Made by a program: the position numbers and the translations under genes. This document shows positions 1-14,651 of a stretch of 64,000 nucleotides of DNA, piece after piece (the first letter of the stretch is position 1; the number at the start of each line of letters is the position of its first letter). The stretch lies in NCBI GenBank assembly GCA_051294375.1, contig CM119263.1, positions 18,624,628 through 18,688,627 of the forward strand, in the 5' to 3' direction. The stretch is from Paraspadella gotoi. Its lineage: Eukaryota; Animalia; Chaetognatha. The notes below the pieces were generated by a model, which was given only the letters and a program-made list of their open reading frames with translations, ran no database searches and was not told where the DNA came from.

Positions 1-1390
1 GGCCGCGTAGGGAACCGTCATCGTGGATGCGTTACAGAAGTTTCGCGTCATTTCGGCAAAGTCACGTGACCATATTCGATCTACGCGAAACGAGACGAGT
101 CTATGGGCGACGAGTCGAGTTATTGAGTCGTTTCGTCGATGGCTTATTTACTCTTAACTGCGACGCCGAATCGAGATCTCGTTGAGCAAATGCGACGAAT
201 AAAAACTCTTTGGCTCAATGAGACTAGACGTTGTTTCCTTGCTTCGGCTTGCTGCAACTGCGACGGGGGGAGGGATATTTCGAAGATGCCAAATCGACGC
301 GTCAAAACTGACTTTCCCGTTTTATTTAGTTACCATTAAAACGTTGTTTTTTATGTGTTAGTTTTTTCTCACTCTTTACTTCTCTTTTTTTCATTTTTTA
401 TCGATCTTCGTTTTTATCTCTCCCAACTTCCACCCGCGCTCCTCATCCTCGAGCATCATCCGGAACCGACCGCTCCCGCGAGGCCTTTTCGACGTTTATA
501 CACTTTGGCANNNNNNNNNNNNNNNNNNNNNNNNNNNNNNNNNNNNNNNNNNNNNNNNNNNNNNNNNNNNNNNNNNNNNNNNNNNNNNNNNNNNNNNNNN
601 NNNNNNNNNNNNNNNNNNNNNNNNNNNNNNNNNNNNNNNNNNNNNNNNNNNNNNNNNNNNNNNNNNNNNNNNNNNNNNNNNNNNNNNNNNNNNNNNNNNN
701 NNNNNNNNNNNNNNNNNNNNNNNNNNNNNNNNNNNNNNNNNNNNNNNNNNNNNNNNNNNNNNNNNNNNNNNNNNNNNNNNNNNNNNNNNNNNNNNNNNNN
801 NNNNNNNNNNNNNNNNNNNNNNNNNNNNNNNNNNNNNNNNNNNNNNNNNNNNNNNNNNNNNNNNNNNNNNNNNNNNNNNNNNNNNNNNNNNNNNNNNNNN
901 NNNNNNNNNNNNNNNNNNNNNNNNNNNNNNNNNNNNNNNNNNNNNNNNNNNNNNNNNNNNNNNNNNNNNNNNNNNNNNNNNNNNNNNNNNNNNNNNNNNN
1001 NNNNNNNNNNNNNNNNNNNNNNNNNNNNNNNNNNNNNNNNNNNNNNNNNNNNNNNNNNNNNNNNNNNNNNNNNNNNNNNNNNNNNNNNNNNNNNNNNNNN
1101 NNNNNNNNNNNNNNNNNNNNNNNNNNNNNNNNNNNNNNNNNNNNNNNNNNNNNNNNNNNNNNNNNNNNNNNNNNNNNNNNNNNNNNNNNNNNNNNNNNNN
1201 NNNNNNNNNNNNNNNNNNNNNNNNNNNNNNNNNNNNNNNNNNNNNNATGAATATTTTATCTATTTTCTCGCTTTTCTTTTGTTTTCTCCTTTTTTGCACA
1301 ACAGGAATTGTTTTTCTCCGACGCTTTCAGTCTCGCAGATTCGCAGCTGGGTCGAGGTTGAACCAAGTTTAATATCGATCAATCTGTTGC

Positions 1391-1422
<32 letters not shown>

Positions 1423-2377
1423 ACTCTCTCTCTCTCTCTCTCTCTTCATCGACTACCGATATGGCCACATCAATTGCTGAGTCGATGCCAGTCGGTACCA
1501 GGCGACGTTAATCAATAGATGTCGATGCCAGTCGATGACAGGCGTTACCAGACGATGTCGGACTTAAGAAAAAGATATCAATTCGAGTCAATACTTGACT
1601 GCACCTGGAGAGTAAGATTCCGATTATCTCGAATTTTAAGATTTCCTATAATTGTTTAGCAAAAAATTTAAAAAAAAACAAAAAACAATGGAAACAATAT
1701 TGAAAAGAATAAAAATCATTGCTTTTTGTGTTTTTTCCCGCATTTATTCGATGACATTTGAGTTCATAACTGAGTTGCACGCAGTCGTCGCTGCCTCGTC
1801 GCCGGCGCTGCGTCGCCGCCGTCGCGTCTCTCCGCTCTTCCTACTGTTCGATTAATTATCATCGCGACGACATTTTAGACTTCGATCAAATTAAAACGAT
1901 GCCGAGTTTGTTCCGGTTGGCGACGGCGCCGGCGCCTCCGCCACCTCCGCCGCCGCCTCCGCCACCTCCGCCGCCGCCGCTGCCGACGCCGCCGAGTCAG
2001 TTCTCTAAACGCGCGACAGCCTTTCATCTCGTTTTTCAAAAAAGTTGGCGGCGTAAGTGTGAAAAGAAAAAAGGGAAAATGGCGGCGAAGAATGAAACAA
2101 AGGAAAGAACAAAAAGATAATAGAGAAAGAAAAACCGTTTAATGTTTTAAAAAGCCGGTATTTATTCATTCAGTCGGTTCTCTCACGAAGGGAAAAGCGG
2201 GTGAAAAGAAAGAAGACAAAAAGAAAGAATAAAAAGAAAGAAAAAAGAGACAGATCACATTCTGAAAGAGAGAAAAATAAAAAATAAATTTATGCAGAAA
2301 TTTGTTGAGAAAATTTCAACTCGATGTGATCCATTCCAGAGTGAAACGTTTCGCTACCCCTTTTCCACCTTTGCATG

Positions 2378-2413
<36 letters not shown>

Positions 2414-2945
2414 NNNNNNNNNNNNNNNNNNNNNNNNNNNNNNNNNNNNNNNNNNNNNNNNNNNNNNNNNNNNNNNNNNNNNNNNNNNNNNNNNNNNNNN
2501 NNNNNNNNNNNNNNNNNNNNNNNNNNNNNNNNNNNNNNNNNNNNNNNNNNNNNNNNNNNNNNNNNNNNNNNNNNNNNNNNNNNNNNNNNNNNNNNNNNNN
2601 NNNNNTCTTCGCTCACGCATTTGCTCTTAGAGAGGGAAGACGGTTGATATTTCTTTGTCTTTAACTCTCTCTGTCTCTTTCTCTGTCTCTCACTCTGTCT
2701 CCCTATCTCTCTCTCTCTCCCTCCCCCCACTTCCTCTTTTACATCTTTAATTTCCTCTTTCCCACGTGTCTCGCCCGTTTTATTGACATTGGCCTCTGTC
2801 TCTGTCTCTTCATCTCTTGCCATCTCTCTCTCCATTCCGCTTCTTTCTCTCTTCGTCTTAAACATCATCCTCTTTTTCTTTCCGTAAAAAGACGTTTTCC
2901 TCGTTCTTCTCTGCTGGAGACATCCGCCTCAACTGCCCCCGTGGG

Positions 2946-3069
<124 letters not shown>

Positions 3070-4198
3070 ACCCCCGAATCCCACTCAACTTCGTCAAACG
3101 TCAAAGAGTTGGAACCCCCTTCTTTCCTCTTACATCCTTCATGAATAAACCTGACCACTTTTTCTAACTGTATTATATTTATTAGGCTTCAATTTTCTTT
3201 ATTTGGTCAAAACCTATTAAGTTTTTATATCAAGTCAACCTTCGCCACTTTTGTTCTCTATCATTAACCAAACCACTCGGTCTAATTTTGCCTTGAATTA
3301 ACATATAATTCTAAAATTGTATCTTGTATGTGCCCTATGATTATNNNNNNNNNNNNNNNNNNNNNNNNNNNNNNNNNNNNNNNNNNNNNNNNNNNNNNNN
3401 NNNNNNNNNNNNNNNNNNNNNNNNNNNNNNNNNNNNNNNNNNNNNNNNNNNNNNNNNNNNNNNNNNNNNNNNNNNNNNNNNNNNNNNNNNNNNNNNNNNN
3501 NNNNNNNNNNNNNNNNNNNNNNNNNNNNNNNNNNNNNNNNNNNNNNNNNNNNNNNNNNNNNNNNNNNNNNNNNNNNNNNNNNNNNNNNNNNNNNNNNNNN
3601 NNNNNNNNNNNNNNNNNNNNNCCATAGACATCTTTGTTTTTAACCGAATTTCTGGCAAAACGCGTTTGCAATTTGGGTAGTCAGATTTGAACGGAATTCT
3701 CTATTAGAAAAATGTTGAATTTTTTTTTAAGCGAGATTCTCGTCTATAATTATTTAATTTCAAGATAATAAAACTAGGGAGAACTAAATTTTTTGATTTG
3801 GTCGAATTTAATTTCTATTTTAATAATAATAAATAATAAATAAAAACGTCTATCTCCTCTTGATTAAACAATATTACTTTGATTATAAGATTTTTGAACA
3901 TTTTTTTTTACTTCTTCATATATGCTTGGATATAGTTTTCATTTCATTTTGTTTGAAAAATCCACTATAGAACCTTCCAAAAGTACAGTGCCCATTGTGA
4001 GATCAACTTTTTACTCTCCTTGGTTCACCACCTTCCCTGCTCCTTATTTCACTCCGGGGTGACCCCCCGATGAAGCGGCTCGATCGAAAGGGGGAGATTT
4101 ATCGGCCAGTTTCTGGCCATCACGTCTCTCGGCGACTCTCGACACGCGCGGAGAGAGAGAGAGAGGGGAGGAGAGAGAGAGAGAGAGAGAAGAGACAG

Positions 4199-4305
<107 letters not shown>

Positions 4306-4321
4306 GAGAGAGAGAGAGGAG

Positions 4322-4356
<35 letters not shown>

Positions 4357-5633
4357 GCGCGGTCATCGAAACGACCGACGATCACGAAATAATACGCGAA
4401 ATACAAAAAAAAAGAACATTTTTCTCTCCTTTGATCTCATGAGGCGAATGGTAATGCGATGGGAAAGATATCAAGTGAGTAAACGACTGTGGCACGGACC
4501 GACCGACCGACCAACTAACAGGAAATTTAAAAATACAAAAAACAAAAAACAAAAAAAAAAACAAAAAAAACAACTGTTTTCGAATTCAAATTGCTACGTA
4601 GATGATAGCTAAAAAGCTGAGTCCAGGTTTCAATTCTTGGCCGCAGAAATTCTCAAACAAACGGGATAAAACTCTTTTTATTGAAGAGACGAAAAACAAT
4701 GCGAGAGAACGATGACATTTTTACGAAGAAACGCAAAGAAAATAAAAGGCAATAAAGAAAACCAAATAGCAATACCCGAAAATTCCAATAACCAGCGATC
4801 GTGACGTCAAACACGAAATCGACTCGCGTTCCGTCACTTCGACTCTCGTGCCGTCACTTCGACTCGCGGCTGCGAATCACTTCCGCATTTCGCTCCGTCG
4901 AAGTTTCATCGACTTTTTCTTCCTTTGTCGTTTTGTCTTTTTTGTCGATTTCCCTTGAGAAACTCGAACTCCCCGTTCACACCTTGGAGATTCTCCCGGT
5001 CGCTTTTATGGCCGAAGCCTTTTGTTTTGGGAATATTGATTAAAGCGAGAGAGATCGAAAGATATAGTGGGAGAGAATGTCTTACGAAGCTACTTTCGGC
5101 CTTTCCTTCTTCCGCCCTCCGATGGACAACAACTCCACGAAAGAAAAAGTGACTAAGACTCACGAATCACGTGTCTCGACCGTGAACGAGAAATGACATC
5201 GGAAGATCGAAAGTAGATCAACCCTTTGGCCCCGAAGGTAACCAATTAATCGAGGAAAAATATTTGGTCAGCATCTCCCCTCCAGGCTGCTTCTCTCTAA
5301 CCCCCCCCCCTCCTCTTTTCTTCCTTAACGAAGCTTAATTCACAGCCCCTCTCCCCTCGGGGGTGGCATTGTCGAATCGCTTTCCTTCCCTCAATTCTTT
5401 TCACCCTCGGAGTGGCGTCGGCGTGAGGCCCCGAGCGGCGCAATCACGAACGCCCCTCGGGGCCTCGGATGCCGATTGGGTCTCGATGGCTCCGAGACCT
5501 CGACCAATAGAAAAGCTTTATTGGGATCCACGAGCTTCACCGGTTCTATGGGCTGTCATAAACCATTTCTCGACGCCGTTGATTCCGCTCGGATGAAATC
5601 GTCATTTTTGGCGCCTCCCCTTCAAAGAGAGTT

Positions 5634-5724
<91 letters not shown>

Positions 5725-5827
5725 TCTCTCATTCTCATTTCATGCCAACATTCCGGGAAATTTTTCTTGGCTGTTGCAGGTGGAAATAAAAATAAAATTA
5801 GTTTTATTATTCCCGAGTTAATTTAAA

Positions 5828-5829
5828 TT

Positions 5830-5920
<91 letters not shown>

Positions 5921-5960
5921 CTCTTTCTTTCTTTTTTTCTTTCTTTCTTTCTTTCTTTCC
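5828..5960. repeat. (CTTT)n microsatellite; similar arrays at 50272-50405, 51593-51693 and 57009-57138
   Basis: Directly visible. Confidence 0.95.
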
Positions 5961-7933
5961 TTCTTTCTTTATTTTTTCTTTCTTTCTTTCTTATTCTTTT
6001 TTTCTTTTTTCTATATTTCTATCTTTCCTTTTTTTTCTTTTTCTCATTTTATCGTTTCCAATTCTAAAAACGCCACGATTCGTCGCTGCTAATAATCCTA
6101 ACGATTTTACGAAACAAAACAACAATAAAAATATTGTGTTTTAGGTTGACGATAAACGAAAATCCGTTTGATTATCGAAATAAGAGATGGAAAACGCAGC
6201 TGATCTCAAACGGAGTTGATTGACATTTAGCGTCGTCGTCGTCGTCCTAACGGTTATCATCATTATCGTCATCGTCGTCGTCGTCATCGCAGTCGTCGTC
6301 ATCGTCGTCACCTTCTCTCTCGCTCTCCATAAATCGTTTCTTTCATTAACGATGCAAAATTATTCATAAACAACGTTTACTCCGGGAATGAAAAAAAAAA
6401 AATGATGAAGACAGAGAAATCAGAGACAGAAATGGAAAAACGTGAAAGATAGAAAAATGAAAATATGAAGATGAGTAATTAGAAGGAGAATGAGAATGAG
6501 ATTACAAAACTCATAAACAAAGAAGAAGAAAAAAGAAAGAGGCTGTCACGCGAAAAAGAAAGAAGCTTGACGCGCCCTCCTCTTTTATCGGCTAATTTCC
6601 CTCGGCTCTGCTCTTTCTCCCGGTTTGGGTTTTGACTTCAGAGGTGAAGGATTAAAGGGGACCAGAATTCTTTCTTCGTCGGGGAGAGGGGTCGTGGGAG
6701 ATTTAGGGATTTTGGTGAGAAGTCTTTGTCGTCGTTTCCTTTACTTCGGGTGCGTGTCTGGTCTATCATTTTGTGAGAATCGTGACGGGGTAACTCTCGA
6801 CCAATAAGTTTCGCTTTACTACATTATTTTTTTTTTTTCAAAGTGATATTGTCTTATTTTCTCGAACGTCACCAGTTCGTAGTGAGCAATTTAAACACTA
6901 AGCCGTCGTGATCCATTGGCGGAATTTCATTTTTTTGCAAACTAATCCGCGAATGCCCATCAGTCTGTCACTAACGTAGTTTATATTCTACGACGTTTCT
7001 TTATCTCTCTATTCCGAGATTAAATTGGACAACTTAGTTTCTTCTATCTTTGCAACCAATCTCTCTGGGAATTTTCTTATTTTCCTTTTTTTTCCACGTC
7101 TTTCCTTTCCTCCTTTCCTCCGAGGCATCTTCCTCCTCGTCTTTCCGTTCCCGGTTATTGCCTCCAACGGTTCGGTCGACACAATATTGCCGATATCACG
7201 TTCTCTTTACTTTCCGCTTCCAATTCCGTTTCTTGGCTTTCATTCTTGGTTTTCTTGGTCGTCGCTATCGCTTCATTTTCCGCTTCCTCGCCCCCTTTAT
7301 CGCCGCCGCCTAGCGTCACACGCGGCGAAATTGCCACGCGACTTTCTTACAGCACACTCCCTTTCGCAGAAGTTGCACAACTCCCTCGAAGATGGTTTTT
7401 CCTTTTTTTAACTCCAGACTTCTTTTTTTCTAATTCATCTCCATTTGAAAAAACTCGAATTGCCATTTTATTGCCATTTATTGCTTTTTATTTCACCATT
7501 GATTCCAGTTTCTCGGTTCTCTCTCAGATGTGCAACTGGTGCCATCTTTGAAGAGTGTAGAAGCTTTTTTCGAGGTTCAAAGCTTTATGTTGTGCTCTTG
7601 TTCCATTGCCATGGTGCTCATGGAGCGCATGGTGCTCANNNNNNNNNNNNNNNNNNNNCATCACCCCCTCTCTCTCCCTTTTCCAGCTTTCAATGGCGTT
7701 TCACTCGGAGTTTTAATTCGTCAAAGCCTCTGAAAAACTTTAGTTTCCTGGGAAATAAGCTCAATCCGAATTTTCTAATTAACGAGCGGCATCAAGAGAT
7801 TAGAAGATTTTCTAACTCAGAGGTGATAGAGAGAAAATTAAAATGGAAGGGACTGGCGGGCCCGCCACGACAAATATTCTCTTTTTTGCAACGCTTCCGT
7901 CTTTCTTCTTCTTTCTTATTCTTTTCACTGGTA

Positions 7934-7973
<40 letters not shown>

Positions 7974-7983
7974 TTCTTCCTAT

Positions 7984-8027
<44 letters not shown>

Positions 8028-8028
8028 T

Positions 8029-8070
<42 letters not shown>

Positions 8071-8509
8071 GCCACAAAATATTCAAAAGGCGGAAAGCTT
8101 CGTGCCCGCGTACCCACAAACTTTAACAGTGTGACAAAATAACGCCTCCAATATTTTTTTATCTTTTTTCCTTTCTCTCTCGTTCCTCCCTCGTTTTTTA
8201 TCTTTACTCCCTTTCCTTTTTTTTCCCTCCTTTTTCTTTTCTCTTATCCTCTTACTATTCTCGATTTCCTCGTCGGTATTTTTTTTACTCAGATTCCTTC
8301 CGGCCTTTCATCCATGGCGTTTGTTCCACTTTTTTTTTCTCTTTTCTTTTTCTCACTTTTTTCATTCCGGATTTTCCTCCCCTTTTTTTCCCTTTTTATT
8401 TCACGCTTTTTTGCTTTCCGTATATTTTTCCTGGACCAGATAAAAATGGAGGTGTTGACTTTGAGAGGAAATGGCGTGAGGCTGAATATGTAACGGAGTT
8501 AAACGGAAT

Positions 8510-8573
<64 letters not shown>

Positions 8574-8981
8574 CTGTTAAAACAATAGACAATACATAGA
8601 GGGCGTCTTTGCGTGCGTCGAACGGATGTAAAAGGAGATTGAGTTAATTAGTTAAGTAAAATAAAATAAAACAAAAAAGGCCGCACCAATTACCTATTGG
8701 TTCCAGATTCAAAGGGCCTTTGAGGAATGTGATCGTTAACGATGCGTCTTTCGCTGACATATTGCTCGCGATTTATTATAATTAAGAATTCTTCTCAGAT
8801 TTCTTACAATTGATTCTTTTGTTTGAAAAGAAAAATTTGAAATCATGCTGCCGACAGATGTCGGAGATAATAATCATAATTGCAAACTAATGCACCAATA
8901 TTTTTGTTACACATTTGACACAACTACAAATTTAATTGACTCCCTAAATCCTCCTCCCGTCCCCTTGTCTCTTTATTGCAG

Positions 8982-9119
8982 GCGACTACACACAATGTCA
9001 GTCCAACTGCCAGACGACGGACGCGGCCTGCTTGGCCTCTTGCGAATTCCTGCAGAAAATCATCCACGAGCATCAGGGCGTCTGCCCGCCTGTTGGGGAC
9101 GCTTCCGGATTTGCAGCAG
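8982..9119 (+). CDS. ANOS1: Anosmin exon: end of Cys-rich box and start of WAP domain
   Basis: ttgcag|gc acceptor, gcag|gtcagg donor, 138 nt, phase 1 to 1; DYTQCQSNCQTTDAACLASCEFLQKIIHEHQGVCPPVGDASGFAA. This frame is missed by the ORF track. Confidence 0.92.
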
Positions 9120-9360
9120 GTCAGGGAGAGGTTAAGGGGAGGGAAGATGGGAGGTGGAATGGGAGGTAGGCAGGAATGTTCCAATGTTCTATGTTTTTGC
9201 GGTTGTTTTGTTGTTGTTTTATTTAGTCGGATGGAGATTTAATTGATTGTTGAGAGAAAAAAAAACAGAAGAAAAAAACATGGGTCGACGCAGACTCATT
9301 GGAATCGCCTTGGAAGCTGAATCCCGCTAAGCAGAACGAAAGACTAATGGACACGTCTGG

Positions 9361-9449
<89 letters not shown>

Positions 9450-10440
9450 TTCTCTTTTTCCTGCCGAGACAGCGGAGATACCATGATCATGCCAAGCAGC
9501 AGGTGTCGCCGGCAGGTGGCAATTGCAGGTGGAGACGTCTTTTTTCAGTTGTTTTTGAGAGACGATCGGATCATCAATGGGTAGAGTCTGAAGAGAAAGT
9601 GTTCTCGGGTTTTGGATCGGGGCTTCTTTTGCGGATATAACAAAGAGGNNNNNNNNNNTCATTGTGTCATATAACAAAGAGGAGGAAATCCTTGATTCTC
9701 TGCAGGGTTGTGTAAGGAAGCAGTTCTCTTGGGAAAAAAGAAAAAGAGTGAAAGAGACGAGGTTTTAAAATAATAAGCTTTACGAGACTGTACAAAAAAA
9801 TAATAAGCTTTACGAGACTGTACAAACCGATATCTTTTTAACTTTTCAGTCTGCATGAACGGCTGCAGCGAAGACAGCGAATGCGAGGACACCGAGAAAT
9901 GCTGCAGCAATGGATGCGGAATGTCCTGTCAGAGGTAAGTTTCTCTTTCCTTCCTTTTTTTTTCGAGACTCGAAGCGGATTTCCTTCCATTCTTTTGATC
10001 TTTTTCCTTCCTATCCTTTCATTTGTTCCCTACCTCTCCTTTATTCGTTCCCTCCCTTTCCTTCCTTTCTCTTTCATCTTTTTTTTTTCAATATTTTCCA
10101 AATTTCAACAGAAACCCAATGAGTTTCATTGCATGCCAAAAACTCTCTCTTTCCTTCCTTCCCTCTCAACCTTTCTTGTCGTGTTCGATTATAGCCCTCG
10201 TTATTTTCATTTCCTTTTTCATTTCTCTTCCGATATACTCTCTCTCTCTCTCACGCGTTCAAAAACTCAACAAAATACCATTTAATTTTTTTCCCCTCTC
10301 AACCGAAAGAGCGAACTCTGTTTACACCCGGGAGAAAAACCGAATCCTAATTATCTCGTTGGTAGGGAAAGTCTCCCTTTGGTGCTCGGGCGCACTAGCT
10401 ACCCATTGAAAGACATTCTATATGAGCTCTCTCTTCTCTC

Positions 10441-10508
<68 letters not shown>

Positions 10509-12220
10509 ACTTATTCCTTTTTTGATTTATCGCGTTCTGGTAACTCCTTCAATACGACGCCGAAACCTCTCCCCTGAGACGGCCAAAAAAAAAATCAGAA
10601 AACCCAATCCGATATTTCTTCTCAAGAGATGGGAGGGAGGAAAGAGTCAGAGTCAGATGAGTGAGAGTGAGAGAAAGAGAAAATAGATGAATTAGCTGCT
10701 GGGCAAAGAGAGAGAGGAGAGAGAGAGATCGAGAGAGAGGAAGAGAGAGAGAGAGAGGAGAAGGAGAGAGAGAGAGAGAGATGACGAGAGAGAAAGATGA
10801 GAGAGAGAGAGAGCTTTAAAAAAGTCCATTGGATGTGGGACCCTGGATCGCCTGAGTCTTTAGCCTCCCTGCGAATCCAATCTGCAATCCGCAGTCGATG
10901 GTGAGGATAGAGGGGGGAGGTGGGGCAGTTCCGCACTCCGGCTGAGGAGGCAAAGGGTTCGTGAATGACGTTAGGGGGAACCGAAGCCAGGCAATTCAGG
11001 AAACAGTCAAACAGTCGATCAGTGAACGCTTTAATTGCTCGTTCCGAATGCCAATCAAGTCCGAGGTGAACGACTGGAGGATTTTCCCGTCAGCGTTGGA
11101 CTCTCGTTTTCTGGAGTCAAAGATGGAAGACGTCGAAATGCCGTGAGGGTGAAGCACCGACAGACCTACCGACAGACCGGCCTCTCTGATTACTCTCCCT
11201 CGATCAATCGAGTCCAGGGGAAGCATAAATTTTAAAGCCGGGAGGAATTTGATGAAAGAAGTTGGAATCGTAAAAACGAGACTGGATTTCGTTTAAGATG
11301 CGATGGCATGCTTCAATCATTACTCTTCATTAGCTTCTATATTCTGTTAATAAAGTTGAAATAATGTATACCTAATTCTCATATCGAGCCCCTTTTTTGT
11401 CTAGCGGATAATTATTGGTTGAAGGGAAAGTTGACGAGGGAATTAGTTCTAACGGTCGACTGGTCGGTTGACCGGAGTGGACCCGAGATGCCTCCTCCTT
11501 GGAAGAAAATTAGGCAAGCTGGATGACGTGTTTGACAAGCCGGAGATTTGAGGGGGCGATGGAAGGGGTGGAGCTAGGGTGTAGAAGGGCGTCGGAGTGG
11601 GAAAGGGCTGAGAAGGGTGCAGATTGAGACATTGACACGACTAGACTCTCCAGTAATCGATCCTGTCGGACCAAAAAAAGGGGAGAAGGATGACTATTGA
11701 CGAGGAAGGGCAGAGGAATTCATGAATGAACAATGAGGCCGCCGACGGAATTCATCGCAACGAGCGAACAAATCGATGAATGAACGAAGGCGAAGTGAAC
11801 GAAGAAAGGGAGAAATATATATGCATTTCTCGCGGTAAATTAGTTTCGCCTTCTCAGAGGAAAGGAAATGTATATGCAACAGCAGCGATGGGGAAAAAAG
11901 GCAATCGACGTCAGAAGTGAGTTCTCAGAAATCGTCGTCGTCATAGTCGTCGTCGTCATAGTCGACTATCGTGGAATCGGAATCGGGGAAAGGGTCATTT
12001 TCATGAAACGCGTTTTAATGGGAAATCCATTTCGGTTTCCATGACGAATTAATTCATCTTTTCCCCGGCGCGTTCGCGTCGCCTCGTCGCCTCGTCGTCG
12101 TCGCGATATAAAAAGAGTTTTAACGACGCTAATAACGAAGGATTCGCCGGAAGGGAAAAAGCCGGCGGGATCGAGAATATACGAAGAAGGGAACTGCGCG
12201 CGATAAGTCATTTTGATGCG

Positions 12221-12310
<90 letters not shown>

Positions 12311-13228
12311 GTGAGAGAGAGAGAGAGAGAGAAGGAGAAGGAATTATGCCCGGTAAATCGAGTTTGATGGAAGGATATTTCGCTCTTTACGAGTCGCAGT
12401 TACGGTAAAATTTATATGGAAATTCTTAATCTATACACGAATCGAAACGATGATAGGATGTCAATAATATTTGCTCAAAAATTCATGGAATTATTCTCTT
12501 TGTCGTGGAATTTGTTTTATTTTTCTGTTTAAAAAAAAAGGGGGTTTCTGTTTAGAATCGAAATATTGGAAACCTCGAATTTCCCGATACCTGATACTCA
12601 ATCGGAATCCGTTGAACCGAGAATTTCCCCCCGCGCGGCAATTTCGGAGAGAACCTTGGGTCGAGAGAACCTGAGGTCGTTTTTTATGAGCAAATGAATT
12701 CATTCCTTTTTTTTTCTCGGGAAGGTCACTCACATCCGAACAGGAGAGTCGAAACGTGGAGACAATTTCACAACAATGAAACCTAGAATTGAAATTGTAA
12801 TATTTAACTAAGTGATACGTGATATTATAGCTAACTATAATGAAGAAACATCGAAGTTAAGATTGAAATGAAAAAGACTTACTATTCTGTCTTTTTTTTG
12901 ACTCGGCGACTGTTTTATTTTTATCGGTAAAGTTTTCCCTTTTAAATTTTCTCATTCACTTCACATTTTTTTAAAGAAAATTTTTTTGTTAACTAAAATT
13001 TTTTTTTTCAAAGATTTTTTCTGAAAAATTTTTTTACTCCGTTTTTTTTCCTGTTTTCATTGAAATTTTTGACTGAAAAGTCGATTCTCTCTCTTTTGTC
13101 TCTTCCTTCTTCATTTCTTAAGGGGACGACGTATTCCGCTTTCCTCGTCTCAGCCCCTCCCCCGAATCGTCGTCATTTTCGTCTTCGCCCATTTACGTGG
13201 CGCCGTTGCTTAATTTTGGGCCCGATGA

Positions 13229-13289
<61 letters not shown>

Positions 13290-13781
13290 TTTGTCGCAGG
13301 CTATATACTTTTCCCTCTTCTCAGGTTCCATCCGGGAAAAACCAAAATGAAATCGAAATTTTTTGGGGCGAGATAAAGAGAACGTAGCTGTCCAATTAAG
13401 GGCTGCCTTTCTTTCTTTTGTTCTTTTCTTTGGGTCCAATTAGAAGAATTTATTTCTCTTCTAAAATTTTCTCGGTTTTTGCTTCGTCTCGTTTTCGTTG
13501 CTTTTTTCTAATTAGACTCGTCTTCTTTCCTTCTTCCAGCAGATCTTTTTTTTTGGTGTTTTATTTTTTTTCGTCTTTTCGTTTTTTCGTTTCATTCAAT
13601 GAAACGATTGAAAAATAGTCTCATTCTTTGGATCCGCCTCTCCATCCATTTCGCCCATTTTGGCGTTGGCCCCGTTTCAAAGGCTTAATTCAATCTTTCA
13701 CTCTCTCTCTCTCTCTCTCTCTGGAGAAGAGAAGAGAAGAGAGAAGAGAGAGTAGGAAGGAGGAGAGAGAATAGTATGGAG

Positions 13782-13823
<42 letters not shown>

Positions 13824-13896
13824 AGAAAACATTTCCGCCAGTTCGAGGCGGAAAAACGAATGACGAGGGATAAGCAAAAGAACAAAGGCAATAGAG

Positions 13897-13955
<59 letters not shown>

Positions 13956-14618
13956 NNNNNNNNNNNNNNNNNNNNNNNNNNNNNNNNNNGAGGAGATTAA
14001 ACGAACTGACGAAGAGTGAGATTGGATTTTCTTCGCCAATCTCGGGAGGCGATTCTTCGTTGCGATTGCGTCGTACGATTAAATTCAGCGCAGCGAATTG
14101 TGTCTGTTCATCGCTCACAGTTGTACGATTCCGCTCTTCTTGGTTTAATTCTCTATATTTCTTTGTTTTCGTTCTTGTCGTCTTGATCGTCGATCGTCGA
14201 TTATATTGCAAGGAAAAAACATTATTCCGAGAAAGTATTATTTATTTATTCTTTAGAAGGTTATTTCGAGCGTCTCTTTCCTTCAATATCGTCGAAGAGA
14301 ATGCTACTATATTCATAAGGTAATAAACTCCTTCCCCAGGCGAAAATCTAAATTTCAGAAAGATTTTTCGTAAATTTTTCATGAACCGGAACCGTTGAGT
14401 TTCGACCGAGCTTTAATATATTTTTTACCATATAAATACTATTAAATATAAAAAGTAAAAATTCAAGTTAATAGTCGAGTTTTTTGCCGACATAAACAGT
14501 AGTTTTGTCATTAGCGCGTCCGGTCGAGATTTCAGGGCCAATCGGGTTTCATTAGGCCCATATGCTTCAGCTTCTCGCAGCCACGATTAGCCCTCAACCA
14601 TTTTTCACGACCGTACCG

Positions 14619-14651
<33 letters not shown>

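Noticed and set aside
1481-1560. Degenerate 10-bp units (gtcgatgcca), and 20-bp units at 4819-4868, as CRISPR-like arrays
   Set aside because: They are simple short tandem repeats without unique spacers, in a eukaryotic context
7246-7551. Signal-peptide-like ORF (VFLVVAIASFSAS...)
   Set aside because: It starts at TTG with no ATG or downstream Cys-box, and the hydrophobicity is explained by T/C-rich composition
7529-7660. Cys-containing stretch after a ctctcag acceptor (RCATGAIFEECRSFF...HGAHGAHGA) as the missing 5' anosmin exon
   Set aside because: The Cys spacing does not fit the anosmin Cys-box, there is no convincing donor, and it runs into a gap
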